From: an uncultured candidate division Zixibacteria bacterium
GTDB taxonomy: Bacteria; Zixibacteria; MSB-5A5; RBG-16-43-9
NCBI GenBank assembly: GCA_963713865.1
Contig: OY970208.1
Span: 224,001 to 288,000, forward strand
Reading direction: 5' to 3'
Length of the DNA: 64,000 nucleotides
Part shown: one piece after another, positions 8,599-19,018 of the stretch
Position numbering within the stretch: position 1 is the stretch's first letter
Layout of the letters: each line of letters starts with the position of its first letter
Made by a program: the position numbers and the translations under genes
The notes under the pieces: generated by a model
Seen by the model: only the letters and a program-made list of their open reading frames with translations
Databases searched by the model: none
Told to the model about the DNA's origin: nothing

Positions 8599-10761
8599 AT
8601 GCCTATAGACAAAGCTGAGATATTAAATTATATGGCTGAAAAAGCCTATCGACCCCTGAAAATAAGGGAATTAGCCAGGGGGATGAAGATATCTGAGGAT
8701 AATTACCGTTATTTTCGCCGGACTGTCCGTTCGATGATCCAGGAGGGGTTAATCGTCAAAATCCGGAAAAACCGTTTAGGTCTGCCAGAAAAGCTCAATT
8801 TAGTCGTAGGTAAGCTTATCACTAATAAGTCTGGATTTGGTTTTGTTCAATCAGAGGATGGAACAGAAGAAATCTATATAAGCTCAGATGATCTGGGGAC
8901 TGCCCTGCATGGTGACAAGGTGGTGGTTAGAATTTATGGCAAAAGAACCGGGAAAAGCAGAGAAGGCACGGTTCTAAAAATCCTGGAAAGGGCTAATCGA
9001 ATCCTGGTAGGAACATTTAAACATGGAAAACATTTCGATTTCGTCCAGCCAGATGACAAAAGGTTTACCAGAGATATCTATATCTTAGACTCAGGTGAGG
9101 CTAAGGAAAGGCAAAAGGTAGTAGTCTCCTTAGAGGATTGGCAGGACAAATATCTGAATCCTGAAGGAAAAGTTGTGGAGGTGTTGGGTTATCCAGATGA
9201 GCCAGGCGTGGATATTTTAACCCTGATTAAAGAATACCAGTTGCCTTTAGAATTTCCGGAGACAGTGGAAAGGGAGGCAGAAAGACTCTCGCAGAAAATC
9301 CCGGAATTAGAATATCGCACCCGGGTTGATTCCCGTGATAAAATCTGCTTCACTATAGATCCCTGGGATGCCAAAGACCACGATGATGCCGTGTCCTTGG
9401 AGAAGTTAAAAAATGGAAACCATCTCTTAGGAGTACATATAGCGGATGTCTCCTATTATGTAAAAGAAAACACTAAATTAGATAAAGAAGCTCTCTCCAG
9501 AAGTAACAGCGTCTATTTGGTAGATAGAGTAATCCCGATGTTGCCAGAAAAACTATCTAACCAGATCTGCAGTTTAAGACCTGAAGAGGAGAAATTAACC
9601 TATTCCTGTATTATCGAGATGGATCCGAAAGGTAAAGTAATCAAATACCAGATGGTTGAGAGCATCATCCAGAGCCGGGCGAAATTGAATTACGATGAAG
9701 TGCAATCCTTTTTCGATACCGGCAAGATTAATAAAAATCTTTCAGGTTTGGAAGAGACCTTAAAAGAGATGCTGAAATTGAGCCAGATTCTTCACCGGAA
9801 AAGGATAGCCCGGGGAAGCTTAGACTTCGACTTACCAGAGGTTAAAGTCCTTATGGGCAAGGATGGAAGAGTTTTAGATATCTTCAAAGAAGAAAGGTTA
9901 GAAAGCCATAGATTGATTGAGGAATTCATGCTTCTGGCAAACCAGTGCGTGGCAAAGTACGCCAGTTCTTTAGTCGTTCCTTTCCTCTATCGGGTGCATG
10001 AACAACCGGATAAGGAGAAGATTGAAAATTTTTCAGAATTTGTCTCCACCTTGGGTTACCGCACATCTTTTCAAAAAAAAGATGAATTTATCACCCCTAA
10101 AAAAATTCAGAAATTCTTAAAATCGGTTGAGGGAACTCCCCAGGAAGAGCTGATGAACGAGTTACTTTTAAGGTCTTTGAAAAAAGCCTGTTATCAGCCA
10201 GAGAATATTGGACATTTCGGCTTAGCCTTTTCTCATTACACCCATTTCACCTCTCCGATCCGCAGGTACCCGGACCTTATAATTCACCGTCTCTTAAAAG
10301 AGCTAAAGGAAAATGGTCGCTATACAGCAGAGAGAAATTCTTTTCTTCAAGAGAGATTGCCTCTTATCGGAAAGCTTACCTCTGAGCGGGAAAGGTTAGC
10401 AGATGAAGTAGAACAGGAATCGGTCAAGCTTAAACAGATTGAATTTTTAAAAGATAAATTGGGCGAGGTCTTTGACGGGGTTATCTCTGGAATCCTCCCC
10501 TTTGGTTTCTTCGTCAGGTTGGATGAACTTTTAGCTGAGGGGATGGTCCGCTTAAGCCTGCTGGAAGATGATTATTATAAATTTGAAGAGAAAAACAGAA
10601 GATTAGTGGGCAGGCATACCAGAAAAGTATTGAAACTGGGCGACCGGGTTAAAGTCCAGTTAATCAGGGTAAACAAAGAGGAAAGGGAGATAGATTTTAA
10701 CCTGGTAACCGGGAAAAAAGATTTTAAGAAAAGTAGAAAAAGGAAGAAATTGAGATACTGA
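8599..10761 (+). CDS. rnr: Ribonuclease R
   Basis: N-terminal HTH and cold-shock domains, RNB motifs TIDPWDAKDHDDA and HFTSPIRRYPD, S1 domain, basic tail. Confidence 0.95.
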   Translation: MPIDKAEILNYMAEKAYRPLKIRELARGMKISEDNYRYFRRTVRSMIQEGLIVKIRKNRLGLPEKLNLVVGKLITNKSGFGFVQSEDGTEEIYISSDDLGTALHGDKVVVRIYGKRTGKSREGTVLKILERANRILVGTFKHGKHFDFVQPDDKRFTRDIYILDSGEAKERQKVVVSLEDWQDKYLNPEGKVVEVLGYPDEPGVDILTLIKEYQLPLEFPETVEREAERLSQKIPELEYRTRVDSRDKICFTIDPWDAKDHDDAVSLEKLKNGNHLLGVHIADVSYYVKENTKLDKEALSRSNSVYLVDRVIPMLPEKLSNQICSLRPEEEKLTYSCIIEMDPKGKVIKYQMVESIIQSRAKLNYDEVQSFFDTGKINKNLSGLEETLKEMLKLSQILHRKRIARGSLDFDLPEVKVLMGKDGRVLDIFKEERLESHRLIEEFMLLANQCVAKYASSLVVPFLYRVHEQPDKEKIENFSEFVSTLGYRTSFQKKDEFITPKKIQKFLKSVEGTPQEELMNELLLRSLKKACYQPENIGHFGLAFSHYTHFTSPIRRYPDLIIHRLLKELKENGRYTAERNSFLQERLPLIGKLTSERERLADEVEQESVKLKQIEFLKDKLGEVFDGVISGILPFGFFVRLDELLAEGMVRLSLLEDDYYKFEEKNRRLVGRHTRKVLKLGDRVKVQLIRVNKEEREIDFNLVTGKKDFKKSRKRKKLRY

Positions 10762-10831
10762 ATTAAAATTAAATAAAGATTGCCAAAGAGTTTTATTTCT
10801 GTTATTTTTTAACCGATTTTAAAAGCTTATT

Positions 10832-12301
10832 ATGATGGATAAACGCAAAATTCTGAGCATAAGTAAATCTGGGGAGTTTCAGAAGGAGCTTAAGAAAATC
10901 CTGCAGGATTTTGAGATTATTTCAACTCAGGACAGCACCGAAGGTCTTAAAAAACTCAAAGAGGAGCCTTCTGAAATTGCTATCCTGGATTCCCGCATAG
11001 AGGACTTCCCCTGCGATAGCCTGATAAAAAAGATATTAATCAAAAATCCAAAAACCAACATCCTGGTGGCTTTAGAGGACCAGGATGAACAGGGGGACAT
11101 CTTCATCCGATGCGGGGCAGACGATCTTTTAAAATTACCCTTAATCAGCGAAGAAATCAACTTAAAGGTAAAAAAACTAATCAATGAAAAAGATTTCTTG
11201 GAATCCTGTGGTTTGGTTGGAAAATCAGAGGAGCTGAAGAAAATCGCTGAGGCAGTTCTGCAGGTTTCTCCTACTAATATCACGGTTTTGATAACCGGTG
11301 AAAGTGGCACTGGCAAGGAACTGGTTGCAAGAGCTATTCATAACAACAGTTTGAGAAAAGATAATCCCTTTATAGCCGCCAACTGCGGGGCTTTAGCAGA
11401 GGGAGTTTTAGAAAGCGAGCTTTTCGGCCATGAAAGGGGAGCATTCACCGGAGCGGTAAGCCGGAGAGAAGGATTCTTCGAAAGAGCAGATAAGGGAACT
11501 ATCTTCTTAGACGAAATTGCAGAAATAAAGCCAGCTACACAGGTCAAGCTTTTACGGGTATTAGAGGAGAAAAGTTTTTTAAGGGTTGGAGGAATCAAGG
11601 ATGTCAAGATCGATGTCCGGGTTATTGCAGCAACGAATAGGGACATAGAAAAAGAAGTGCAGGAAGGGAATTTTCGAAAAGACCTTTACTTCAGGTTATG
11701 CGTGGTCAAGATCGACATCCCTCCTTTAAGGGAAAGGACCAAGGACATACCTATACTGGTATATGATTTCATCCAGAAGCTAAACCAGGCAAGCACGAAA
11801 AAAATTTCAGGTGTTACCGAAGATGCTATGGAGCTTTTATTGAAATATCACTGGCCCGGAAACGTAAGGGAGCTAAAGAATTTTTTAGAAAGTATGCTCG
11901 TTTTTTCTGCAGACCGCTTTATAGAAGCCCGGGATGTTTTAAAATATATCGAGAAGAAGGTTCAGACCGAAAGCTATCTGCCGGTTCTGACGGGCAAAAC
12001 AGTGGCTATGGCTGAGCATGAGCTAATCTACCAGGCTCTCTTAGGCTTAAGAAAAGAGATCTCTGAGCTGAGAAAAGTATTTCTAGAAGAGAGAAGCTTA
12101 GAACTTATAGCCAAAGAAGATAAAAAAGGGAAAGAGCTTGAGATAAAGCCTCAACTCAGTATAGAGGAAATGGAAAAAGAGCTTATCGCTAAGACCTTGA
12201 AGGAAACTGGAAACAATCGGAAAAGAGCTGCCAAAATTCTGGGAATTGGCGAGAGAACTTTATACCGGAAAATCGATAAATATGGGCTGAGATCCCATTA
12301 A
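10832..12301 (+). CDS. Sigma-54 enhancer-binding protein (degenerate receiver, AAA+, Fis HTH)
   Basis: GESGTGKE, ESELFGHERGAFTGA, FLDEI, WPGNVREL; C-terminal AAKILGIGERTLYRK. Confidence 0.93.
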   Translation: MMDKRKILSISKSGEFQKELKKILQDFEIISTQDSTEGLKKLKEEPSEIAILDSRIEDFPCDSLIKKILIKNPKTNILVALEDQDEQGDIFIRCGADDLLKLPLISEEINLKVKKLINEKDFLESCGLVGKSEELKKIAEAVLQVSPTNITVLITGESGTGKELVARAIHNNSLRKDNPFIAANCGALAEGVLESELFGHERGAFTGAVSRREGFFERADKGTIFLDEIAEIKPATQVKLLRVLEEKSFLRVGGIKDVKIDVRVIAATNRDIEKEVQEGNFRKDLYFRLCVVKIDIPPLRERTKDIPILVYDFIQKLNQASTKKISGVTEDAMELLLKYHWPGNVRELKNFLESMLVFSADRFIEARDVLKYIEKKVQTESYLPVLTGKTVAMAEHELIYQALLGLRKEISELRKVFLEERSLELIAKEDKKGKELEIKPQLSIEEMEKELIAKTLKETGNNRKRAAKILGIGERTLYRKIDKYGLRSH

Positions 12302-12338
12302 AATTTTTGAATTGTTTTATTCTTTTCTTTTATCTTTC

Positions 12339-14000
12339 ATGCGAAAGTTTACAATTTGTTTTTTTATTCTGTTTTTTGTCCACTCTTGCACGGTTTTTTC
12401 TCAAACCATCTCCTCCCAGCTCTATGAAAATGAAGAAGATATAGAAGATGGATTCTTATCTGGAGAGCTGACCTATGATGAATACATAGAGCTTCTGGAC
12501 CTTCTCAGAGAAGGTGTAGCTTTTAATTCTCCGCAAAAAGACCGCTTGCTATTTTTGCCCGATTTAAGCCAATCCGAAATAGACCAGGCTCCAGACACTT
12601 CAAGCAACATCTATCTTTCAGAGATAAACCTGCGCACTTATCCAGTAGCTAAAAGCTTTTTTCTACCAGAGATGTTAAACCAGACTCAAGGCAGGGTCTC
12701 CATTCAATCCCAGCAGAGATTTGACCGGAATCAGTCTTACAATTTCGTCCTGGCCGAATTCAAATTAAAAAATAAGCTCCGGTTTAATATCCAGCTACAA
12801 AAGGAGGGTTCATCTGACCCCTTGATAAAAAAGAGGGGGTTGGAGCTTTCATCTTTCCCCTTCCTGAAAAGAGTGGTATTAGGCAACTTTGATAAAAAAA
12901 TAGGACTGGGTTTAAACATAGGTTATCATCCCTTCTTGAAATCAGGGGGACAGGATGAAAAAAATACTTTTCTCTATCCAGTCTCAGGAAGATATAACGG
13001 CATTTTAATGGAATCGAAATTCGGTTTTTTCTCTCCGGAGTTTATCCTTTCAAAGAATAAAAAAGGTGATTTTTCTGAAGAGCTCTGGGCATTAAATCTA
13101 CAATTTTCTAACCGGGGATTGAACTTCGGAATATTGCGCTCTGAAGGCAGTTTAAGAAATCTATCAAATCATTCCTCCTTTTATGACAGGAATTCAAGCT
13201 TTTATCTCAAAGTTAGAAAAGAAAAAATTGGTTTTGCCGGCGAATATTCCTTATTAAACAATGGTGGCAAGGGGTGGGCATCCATATTGACTTTAAAAGA
13301 TAAATCTTACTTCCTGGAATTATCCGGCTGGAGTTATACGGATAATTATTTACATCTTTTCGGAGCAGGTCTCTCCAATCCAGATTATACCTATATAGAA
13401 ATAGAGGACGTGGGATATGAATATCCCTCCAGAGAAATGGGCGAGAATGGAATAATGCTCAAATCAGATTATCTTCTTTCCCCTGATCTTTCCTTTGATT
13501 TCAAATTTAGCCAGTGGAAAGAAAATCCTCACTCCCCCTATAAGCTCAGACAAAAAATAGGACTAAAAATTACTTCATCTGAGAAGATAAAAGCCGGATT
13601 GGAATATCTCTATTCTGACTCCGATTTGGAAGAGGAGGGACAAGCTCAAAATCTCTTTACCTCCACTTTCATATTAAAACCCCAAGAAAAAAGTTCTTTT
13701 CGACTGATAACCAGATACGGGAAAAGGAGACTTTCTACTTCAACTGGCCAAAGAAGTTCTTTTGAACTCCAACTTCGCTCAGACTTAGAATGGTTTTCAC
13801 CTTTTCTTCTCATCCTCTGGGTTAGATATAAAGATAACGACCTGTCTCTGGCTAAAAATGGATACTGGGATCTACGAATTCAGGAAAGCTTTTCCCTTTT
13901 CCGGGGTTCTCTTTTTAAAGGCGAGTATTTTATTAAATTCAACTCTGTGGAAAGAAATAAAGTGCAGGGTGCCAAGTTCTGGCTGGAGGTGGGCTTTTGA
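12339..14000 (+). CDS. Putative outer-membrane beta-barrel protein with ComEA/HhH-like N-terminal region
   Basis: Signal peptide from ATG 12339; amphipathic beta strands; C-terminal aromatic signature WLEVGF. Confidence 0.55.
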   Translation: MRKFTICFFILFFVHSCTVFSQTISSQLYENEEDIEDGFLSGELTYDEYIELLDLLREGVAFNSPQKDRLLFLPDLSQSEIDQAPDTSSNIYLSEINLRTYPVAKSFFLPEMLNQTQGRVSIQSQQRFDRNQSYNFVLAEFKLKNKLRFNIQLQKEGSSDPLIKKRGLELSSFPFLKRVVLGNFDKKIGLGLNIGYHPFLKSGGQDEKNTFLYPVSGRYNGILMESKFGFFSPEFILSKNKKGDFSEELWALNLQFSNRGLNFGILRSEGSLRNLSNHSSFYDRNSSFYLKVRKEKIGFAGEYSLLNNGGKGWASILTLKDKSYFLELSGWSYTDNYLHLFGAGLSNPDYTYIEIEDVGYEYPSREMGENGIMLKSDYLLSPDLSFDFKFSQWKENPHSPYKLRQKIGLKITSSEKIKAGLEYLYSDSDLEEEGQAQNLFTSTFILKPQEKSSFRLITRYGKRRLSTSTGQRSSFELQLRSDLEWFSPFLLILWVRYKDNDLSLAKNGYWDLRIQESFSLFRGSLFKGEYFIKFNSVERNKVQGAKFWLEVGF

Positions 14001-15703
14001 GAAAACTTAATTTTGGATTTATTATTGCAATCTTACTGCTTTTAGTTCAAGCTCAAACTTCTTTGAGCAAAGTAGTAATCAACGAAGTTTTAGCTAACGA
14101 GCCTTCCTCTGAAACAAAATTAGAATGGGTAGAGCTTTTCAATCTTGACAGTTCAGCAGTTGACCTGGGTGGCTGGACCTTCATAAGCAAACAAGATACA
14201 ACTGTATTTCCTTCTGGAACATCAATTCCGGGGAAAGATTATCTCATCTTAGCCCGGAAGCTGGTTTCCGTCCTTCCTGATACAGAGAGTTTCGAATATC
14301 ACTGGGGGAACGGGAGTGGGGTCTGGGGAGACTGTCCTGAAGAAGATTACCCTGCAATTGAAGTAAAATTCTCTTTAACCAATACTGCAGGAACTGTAAC
14401 TCTAATCGACCAAGAACAGAATAGCTCAAGCTTTTCCTGGAATAAAGATCCAGGAGATGGTATTTCCTGGGAAAGGATTTTGCCCTCAGTTGAGGATAGT
14501 CTATCCAACTGGGGATTCTGCATTTATTCCGGGGGAAGCACACCCGGGAAAGTAAACTCCCTGACTCCAGTTCCAAACGATCTTTCGATTTCATCCGAAG
14601 ACCTTTCTTTAGAGCCGCAATCTCCTGAAGAAAACCAGACCTTTGAAGTTAAAGTCAAAGTAAAAAATTCAGGCAATTCAACCTCAGAGGAAAATCAGCT
14701 TTACTTTTTCTGCGATTATAATTTCGATGGAAGATTGGAGGAAAACGAGACTTTAAGTTCACCTATTCATATTCCTCCTTTAATTTTAAATCAGGAGACA
14801 ACATTTGTAAAGGAACTCTCTTTGTCAAAAGGTAATTACAGATTATATGCACAGACAGGAGAAGATGATAAAGATTATAACAATCAGGCATTTATTAATC
14901 TTCGCATAGGTTCTATCCTGCCGGATGTTATCATAAATGAATTTTTGTGCTCGCCGAACGATAACCAGCCCGAATGGGTTGAACTTTATAATCGATCCGA
15001 TACTTTAATCAATCTGAAAAATTATCTTTTTGGAGACTCTGTAGCCCAGAGTCTTATAACCAATGAAGACCTGAATTTGCATGCTCACGATTACTTAATC
15101 TTAACTGAAAACTATTCACTCTTTCTATCCAGTTATCCGGAGGCAAATTGCAGCCTAATCGAGCCTGAAACCTGGCATATTCTGAATAACACCGGTGACC
15201 GGATTATCCTTAAAGATAGCCTGGGTTTTGTAATAGATGAAGTAAGTTATAATTCTGGAGTAGATATAAAGGGAGTATCTCAGGAAAGAATCAGTTCAGA
15301 AAGGATATCTTCAGATCAGGACAACTGGTGGAGATCAGTTGATCCTGCAGGCTCTACCCCATGTAAGATGAACAGCATTCAGGATTCACCTTCTTCAGAT
15401 GAGATAAAAGTAGAGATAAACCCTGACCCATTCTCCCCGGATGGAGATGGATTTGAGGACCAGACCAGGATAAAATATACTATTCCTTTCAGGTCTGAGC
15501 TGACTCTGATAATTTATGATGTAAAAGGAAGGCTGGTCAAAACTTTAATGGACAAAGAACCCCAGATCTCCGGAGAAATTTTCTGGGAAGGGGAGGATGA
15601 TCAGGGGAGAAAAGTAAAAGTAGGCATCTATATCTTGTATTTGGAAGTCTCAGGCTCAAAAAATCTCTCAAAAAAATCAACTGTTGTTGTAGCCAGAAGA
15701 TAG
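13997..15703 (+). CDS. Secreted protein with two lamin-tail-like domains, a CARDB-like domain and a FlgD-Ig/T9SS-like C-terminal domain
   Basis: Two VINE...EWVEL.N repeats ending GSTP; PFSPDGDG...IYDVKGRLVKTL...GIYI C-terminus. Confidence 0.85.
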   Translation: MRKLNFGFIIAILLLLVQAQTSLSKVVINEVLANEPSSETKLEWVELFNLDSSAVDLGGWTFISKQDTTVFPSGTSIPGKDYLILARKLVSVLPDTESFEYHWGNGSGVWGDCPEEDYPAIEVKFSLTNTAGTVTLIDQEQNSSSFSWNKDPGDGISWERILPSVEDSLSNWGFCIYSGGSTPGKVNSLTPVPNDLSISSEDLSLEPQSPEENQTFEVKVKVKNSGNSTSEENQLYFFCDYNFDGRLEENETLSSPIHIPPLILNQETTFVKELSLSKGNYRLYAQTGEDDKDYNNQAFINLRIGSILPDVIINEFLCSPNDNQPEWVELYNRSDTLINLKNYLFGDSVAQSLITNEDLNLHAHDYLILTENYSLFLSSYPEANCSLIEPETWHILNNTGDRIILKDSLGFVIDEVSYNSGVDIKGVSQERISSERISSDQDNWWRSVDPAGSTPCKMNSIQDSPSSDEIKVEINPDPFSPDGDGFEDQTRIKYTIPFRSELTLIIYDVKGRLVKTLMDKEPQISGEIFWEGEDDQGRKVKVGIYILYLEVSGSKNLSKKSTVVVARR

Positions 15704-15979
15704 GTTTTTATGAAAGCTTTTACATTCATACTGATTTTGAGCTTCATACCTCTTAAACTCACTTTTTCTGCCTTTGAAGAAAAACCCGGCAGTGCCAGAA
15801 GTTTTAGCCTGGGGGGAGCCACCACTTCCTTAAGCTTAGAAGCTTCTAATCTTTTTTCCAATCCTGCCTCACTTGGACTTTTAACTAAAAGAGAAATACA
15901 GCTAAGCTGGTCTAAATTGTTTGGCTTGGAAGAGCTTTCCTCTGGCGATTTCTATTTCACATTTCCTCTGAATAAAAGA

Positions 15980-17426
15980 TGTAATCGCAATATAATAATG
16001 TCCTGTTTTAGCAAAGCAGAAATGTCCTATTTAGAGATTGCCATAGTATCTTTTTCCAAAGGAGGATATTATGGCAGGGAAGGACATAATAAAGATGAGC
16101 CAGGAGGAGCTAAAGAGGATAAATGTGATTCACCAGGCAATTGACAAGGGTTTAACTCAAGTAGAGGCAGCTGGGATATTAGGTTTAAGCGATAGGCAGG
16201 TCAGAAGAATAATAAAGCGGGTGATAGAAGAAGGCGACCGAGGTATAGTCCACAGATCTCGAGGAAAACCATCGCATAATATGACACCGGATATGATAAA
16301 GACAAGGGTTCTTGAGCTTTATGAGGAGAGATATGCAGGATTTGGTCCGACCTTAGCGACAGAGAAGCTTTTAGAGATAGACAAGATAGGTTTAAGTCGA
16401 GAGACCTTAAGGAACTGGCTCAAGGAGAAAGGGATAGAGTACCGGGGTCGAAAGAGAAAGGCTCATCGTCAGTGGCGTCAGAGGAGGCGTTATTTTGGCG
16501 AGATGATCCAGCTGGACGGTTCTCATCATGATTGGCTGGAGAGCAGGGGTCCGGAATGTGTTCTTATGGGTTATGTGGATGACGCTACCGGTAATGTCTT
16601 TGCAAGATTTTATCCTTATGAAGGCACCATTCCAGCTATGGACAGTTTTAAACGTTATATCAAAAAATATGGTATTCCGCTGAGCATATATTTAGACAAG
16701 CATACCACATATAAATCAACTAAGAAGCCTTCTATAGAAGACCAGCTTAAGGGAATAGAGCCGTTGAGTGAGGTTGCCAGAGCTTTTAAGGAATTGGGAG
16801 TTAAGATTATCTATGCCCATTCTCCTCAGGCTAAGGGGAGGATAGAGAGACAATTCAGGACTTTCCAGGATCGCCTAATAAAGGAGATGAGGCTAAGAGG
16901 TATTAAGACCATAGAAGAAGCCAATCGACTCTTAAGATACTACCTGCCCATATATAATAAGCGATTCAGCTTTAGGGCGGCAGAAGAGCTTGATCTTCAT
17001 AGACCTGTTCCCATAGCTCTTAACCTGGATCGAATACTATGCTTTAAGACCGAAAGGGCTTTAAGGAACGACTTCACGGTAGCGCATAATAACAGGCTCT
17101 ATCAGATAAAGGATAATGTAAGAACTAACAATGTGATAGTAGAAGATATGATAGATGGCTCTATGCTAATTACCTATAAAGATACCATCTTGAAGTTTAA
17201 AGAGATTATCATCAGGCCTAAGAGAGAAAAAGAAACTCCAAAACTACCCATATTAAAACTCAAAACGGCTTATATACCTCCAGTGGATCATCCCTGGCGG
17301 AAGTTTAAGGTTAATTCACAATATAGACCTTATGAACAAAAAGAACAAAAGCTACTATTAACTAAAACATGAAAACAGGACATTTTAACTTTGTAGAAAT
17401 TAGGACATTTTAATCTTGCTATAACA
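15980..17426 (+). mobile_element. IS1202-family (ISNCY) insertion sequence, 1447 bp, with a 17-bp target-site duplication
   Basis: TGT...ACA ends, two subterminal AATGTCC motifs at each end, direct repeat TTCCTCTGAATAAAAGA at 15963-15979 and 17427-17443. Confidence 0.92.
16071..17372 (+). CDS. DDE transposase (ISNCY/IS1202-type)
   Basis: N-terminal HTH; GEMIQLDGSHHDW, VDDATG, IYLDK, SPQAKGRIER, TFQDRL. Confidence 0.95.
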   Translation: MAGKDIIKMSQEELKRINVIHQAIDKGLTQVEAAGILGLSDRQVRRIIKRVIEEGDRGIVHRSRGKPSHNMTPDMIKTRVLELYEERYAGFGPTLATEKLLEIDKIGLSRETLRNWLKEKGIEYRGRKRKAHRQWRQRRRYFGEMIQLDGSHHDWLESRGPECVLMGYVDDATGNVFARFYPYEGTIPAMDSFKRYIKKYGIPLSIYLDKHTTYKSTKKPSIEDQLKGIEPLSEVARAFKELGVKIIYAHSPQAKGRIERQFRTFQDRLIKEMRLRGIKTIEEANRLLRYYLPIYNKRFSFRAAEELDLHRPVPIALNLDRILCFKTERALRNDFTVAHNNRLYQIKDNVRTNNVIVEDMIDGSMLITYKDTILKFKEIIIRPKREKETPKLPILKLKTAYIPPVDHPWRKFKVNSQYRPYEQKEQKLLLTKT

Positions 17427-18035
17427 TTCCTCTGAATAAAAGATTGACCTTGGGGACAGGATATAATATCTTTGGGAAAAATGATTACTATCAGGAGAAT
17501 CTGGTAATATTGGGAATAGGAATAAAAGTGTGTGAATCGATTTCATTGGGAACGAATTTAAAATATTTTCAACTCTCTTTTCCTCTACCCTATGGTGATT
17601 ACAGGGCTTTAGGAATTGACCTGGGCTCCCTTTTCAGGATAAAAGACAAGGCTCAGCTCGGATTAGCCTTGAAAAACATAAACCAGCCTGAACTGATAGA
17701 GAATTCAGAGAAAATCCCTTTCTCCTATTCAGCAGGAATTTCGCTGTATCCTTACAAACAGGTTCTTCTCTCCGCAGATTTATATAAAACTGAATCTGAG
17801 GAAGAGGAGTTCAGGTTCGGACAGGAGATAAAACTTTTTTCTAACCTGGCATTAAGATTCGGGATGAAAAGTGCTCCAGCTTGCTATTCCTTAGGTACTG
17901 GAGTGGAATTAGAAAAATTGAGATTGGATTATGGATATTTAAGCCATCCAGTTTTAGGTGGAAGTCACAAGGTTACTTTATCATTGAACTTTTAGAGAGT
18001 CGTCTTTTATTATTTGAACTAAAAGGAGCAGTCAA

Positions 18036-18950
18036 ATGGTAATGAAAAGCACACTTCTTTTTCTTTCCCGTCAGGAGAAGCTTAAAAATTTTGTCCTGGG
18101 ATTTGAGTTCGCCCAGAGGGTTTCAAGAAGGTTTGTCTCCGGTGAGACTCAGGAAGATGCAATTCAGGCAGTAAAAGATTTGAATCGTAAGGGGTTTTTC
18201 GCAACACTGGACCGATTAGGAGAAAACGTCACCAGCGAGGAAGAAGCCATCAAAGCTGCGGATGATTATATTCTTCTTCTGGACAGAATCCAGGAAAATG
18301 GAATTGACTCCAACGTTTCCTGCAAGCTCACCCAGATGGGGCTGGACCTGGGCGTTGATTTCTGTTTGAACAATGTCAGAAGGATCGTGGAGAAAGCGAA
18401 AAAATATCACAATTTCGTTCGTATTGATATGGAAGATTCACCTCGAACTGATAAAACTTTGCAGATTTGCTATGCCTTACACCAAGAATACCCGGAGGTA
18501 GGTGCGGTGATCCAGTCTTATCTTTACCGAAGCGAAGAAGACGTTAGAAAACTATTAGAACAGAAAATCAGGATAAGATTGTGCAAAGGTGCTTATAAAG
18601 AACCCAGAGCAGTAGCATTTCAAAAGAAAAAACAGGTTGATGACAACTTTGTTAAATTGATGAAAATGATGTTAAAAAGCGGGATTTATCACGGAATTGG
18701 CACCCATGATGATAAGATGATTCAGGCAACCATCGAATTTTCAAAAAAAGAAAATATAGATAAAGCTGATTTTGAATTCCAGCTTCTTTACGGGATAAGA
18801 AGAGAGCTTCAGGAGGAATTAGTCAGGCAGGGTTACAATGTAAGAATTTACACTCCCTACGGCGACCAGTGGTATCCATATTTTATGCGCCGGCTGGCAG
18901 AACGACCAGCTAACCTGTTCTTTGTGGCTAAAAATTTCTTCCGGAGATAA
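18036..18950 (+). CDS. Monofunctional proline dehydrogenase
   Basis: LGEN, KLTQMG, RIDMED, RLCKGAY, THD, YFMRRLAERPAN. Confidence 0.93.
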   Translation: MVMKSTLLFLSRQEKLKNFVLGFEFAQRVSRRFVSGETQEDAIQAVKDLNRKGFFATLDRLGENVTSEEEAIKAADDYILLLDRIQENGIDSNVSCKLTQMGLDLGVDFCLNNVRRIVEKAKKYHNFVRIDMEDSPRTDKTLQICYALHQEYPEVGAVIQSYLYRSEEDVRKLLEQKIRIRLCKGAYKEPRAVAFQKKKQVDDNFVKLMKMMLKSGIYHGIGTHDDKMIQATIEFSKKENIDKADFEFQLLYGIRRELQEELVRQGYNVRIYTPYGDQWYPYFMRRLAERPANLFFVAKNFFRR

Positions 18951-18957
18951 TCTGTTT

Positions 18958-18984
18958 GTCGTCGGGTCAGGAGACCCGACGACC
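18958..18984. repeat. CGTC-type REP-like palindrome
   Basis: GTCGTCGGGTCAGGAGACCCGACGAC; relatives at about 26441-26464 and 28912-28967. Confidence 0.7.
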
Positions 18985-19018
18985 ACATCAAATTAATTTA
19001 GAGGATACTGGAGGTTTT

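Larger units (their letters stand above)
15710..17995 (+). pseudogene. PorV/PorQ-like outer-membrane protein gene split by an IS (5' part 15710-15979, 3' part 17444-17995)
   Basis: SARSFSLGGA...NPASLG N-terminus and LDYGY..HPVLGGSH.VTLSLNF end; removing the IS and one repeat joins ...FPLNKR to LTLGTGY... in frame (273 aa). Confidence 0.8.

Noticed and set aside
15980-16144. 3' half of the 144-aa ORF 15710-16144 as a real protein
   Set aside because: After FPLNKR the frame is read-through into the IS left end.
18956-19018. N-terminal extension of dgt
   Set aside because: It spans a REP palindrome; a GGAGG RBS supports ATG 19019.
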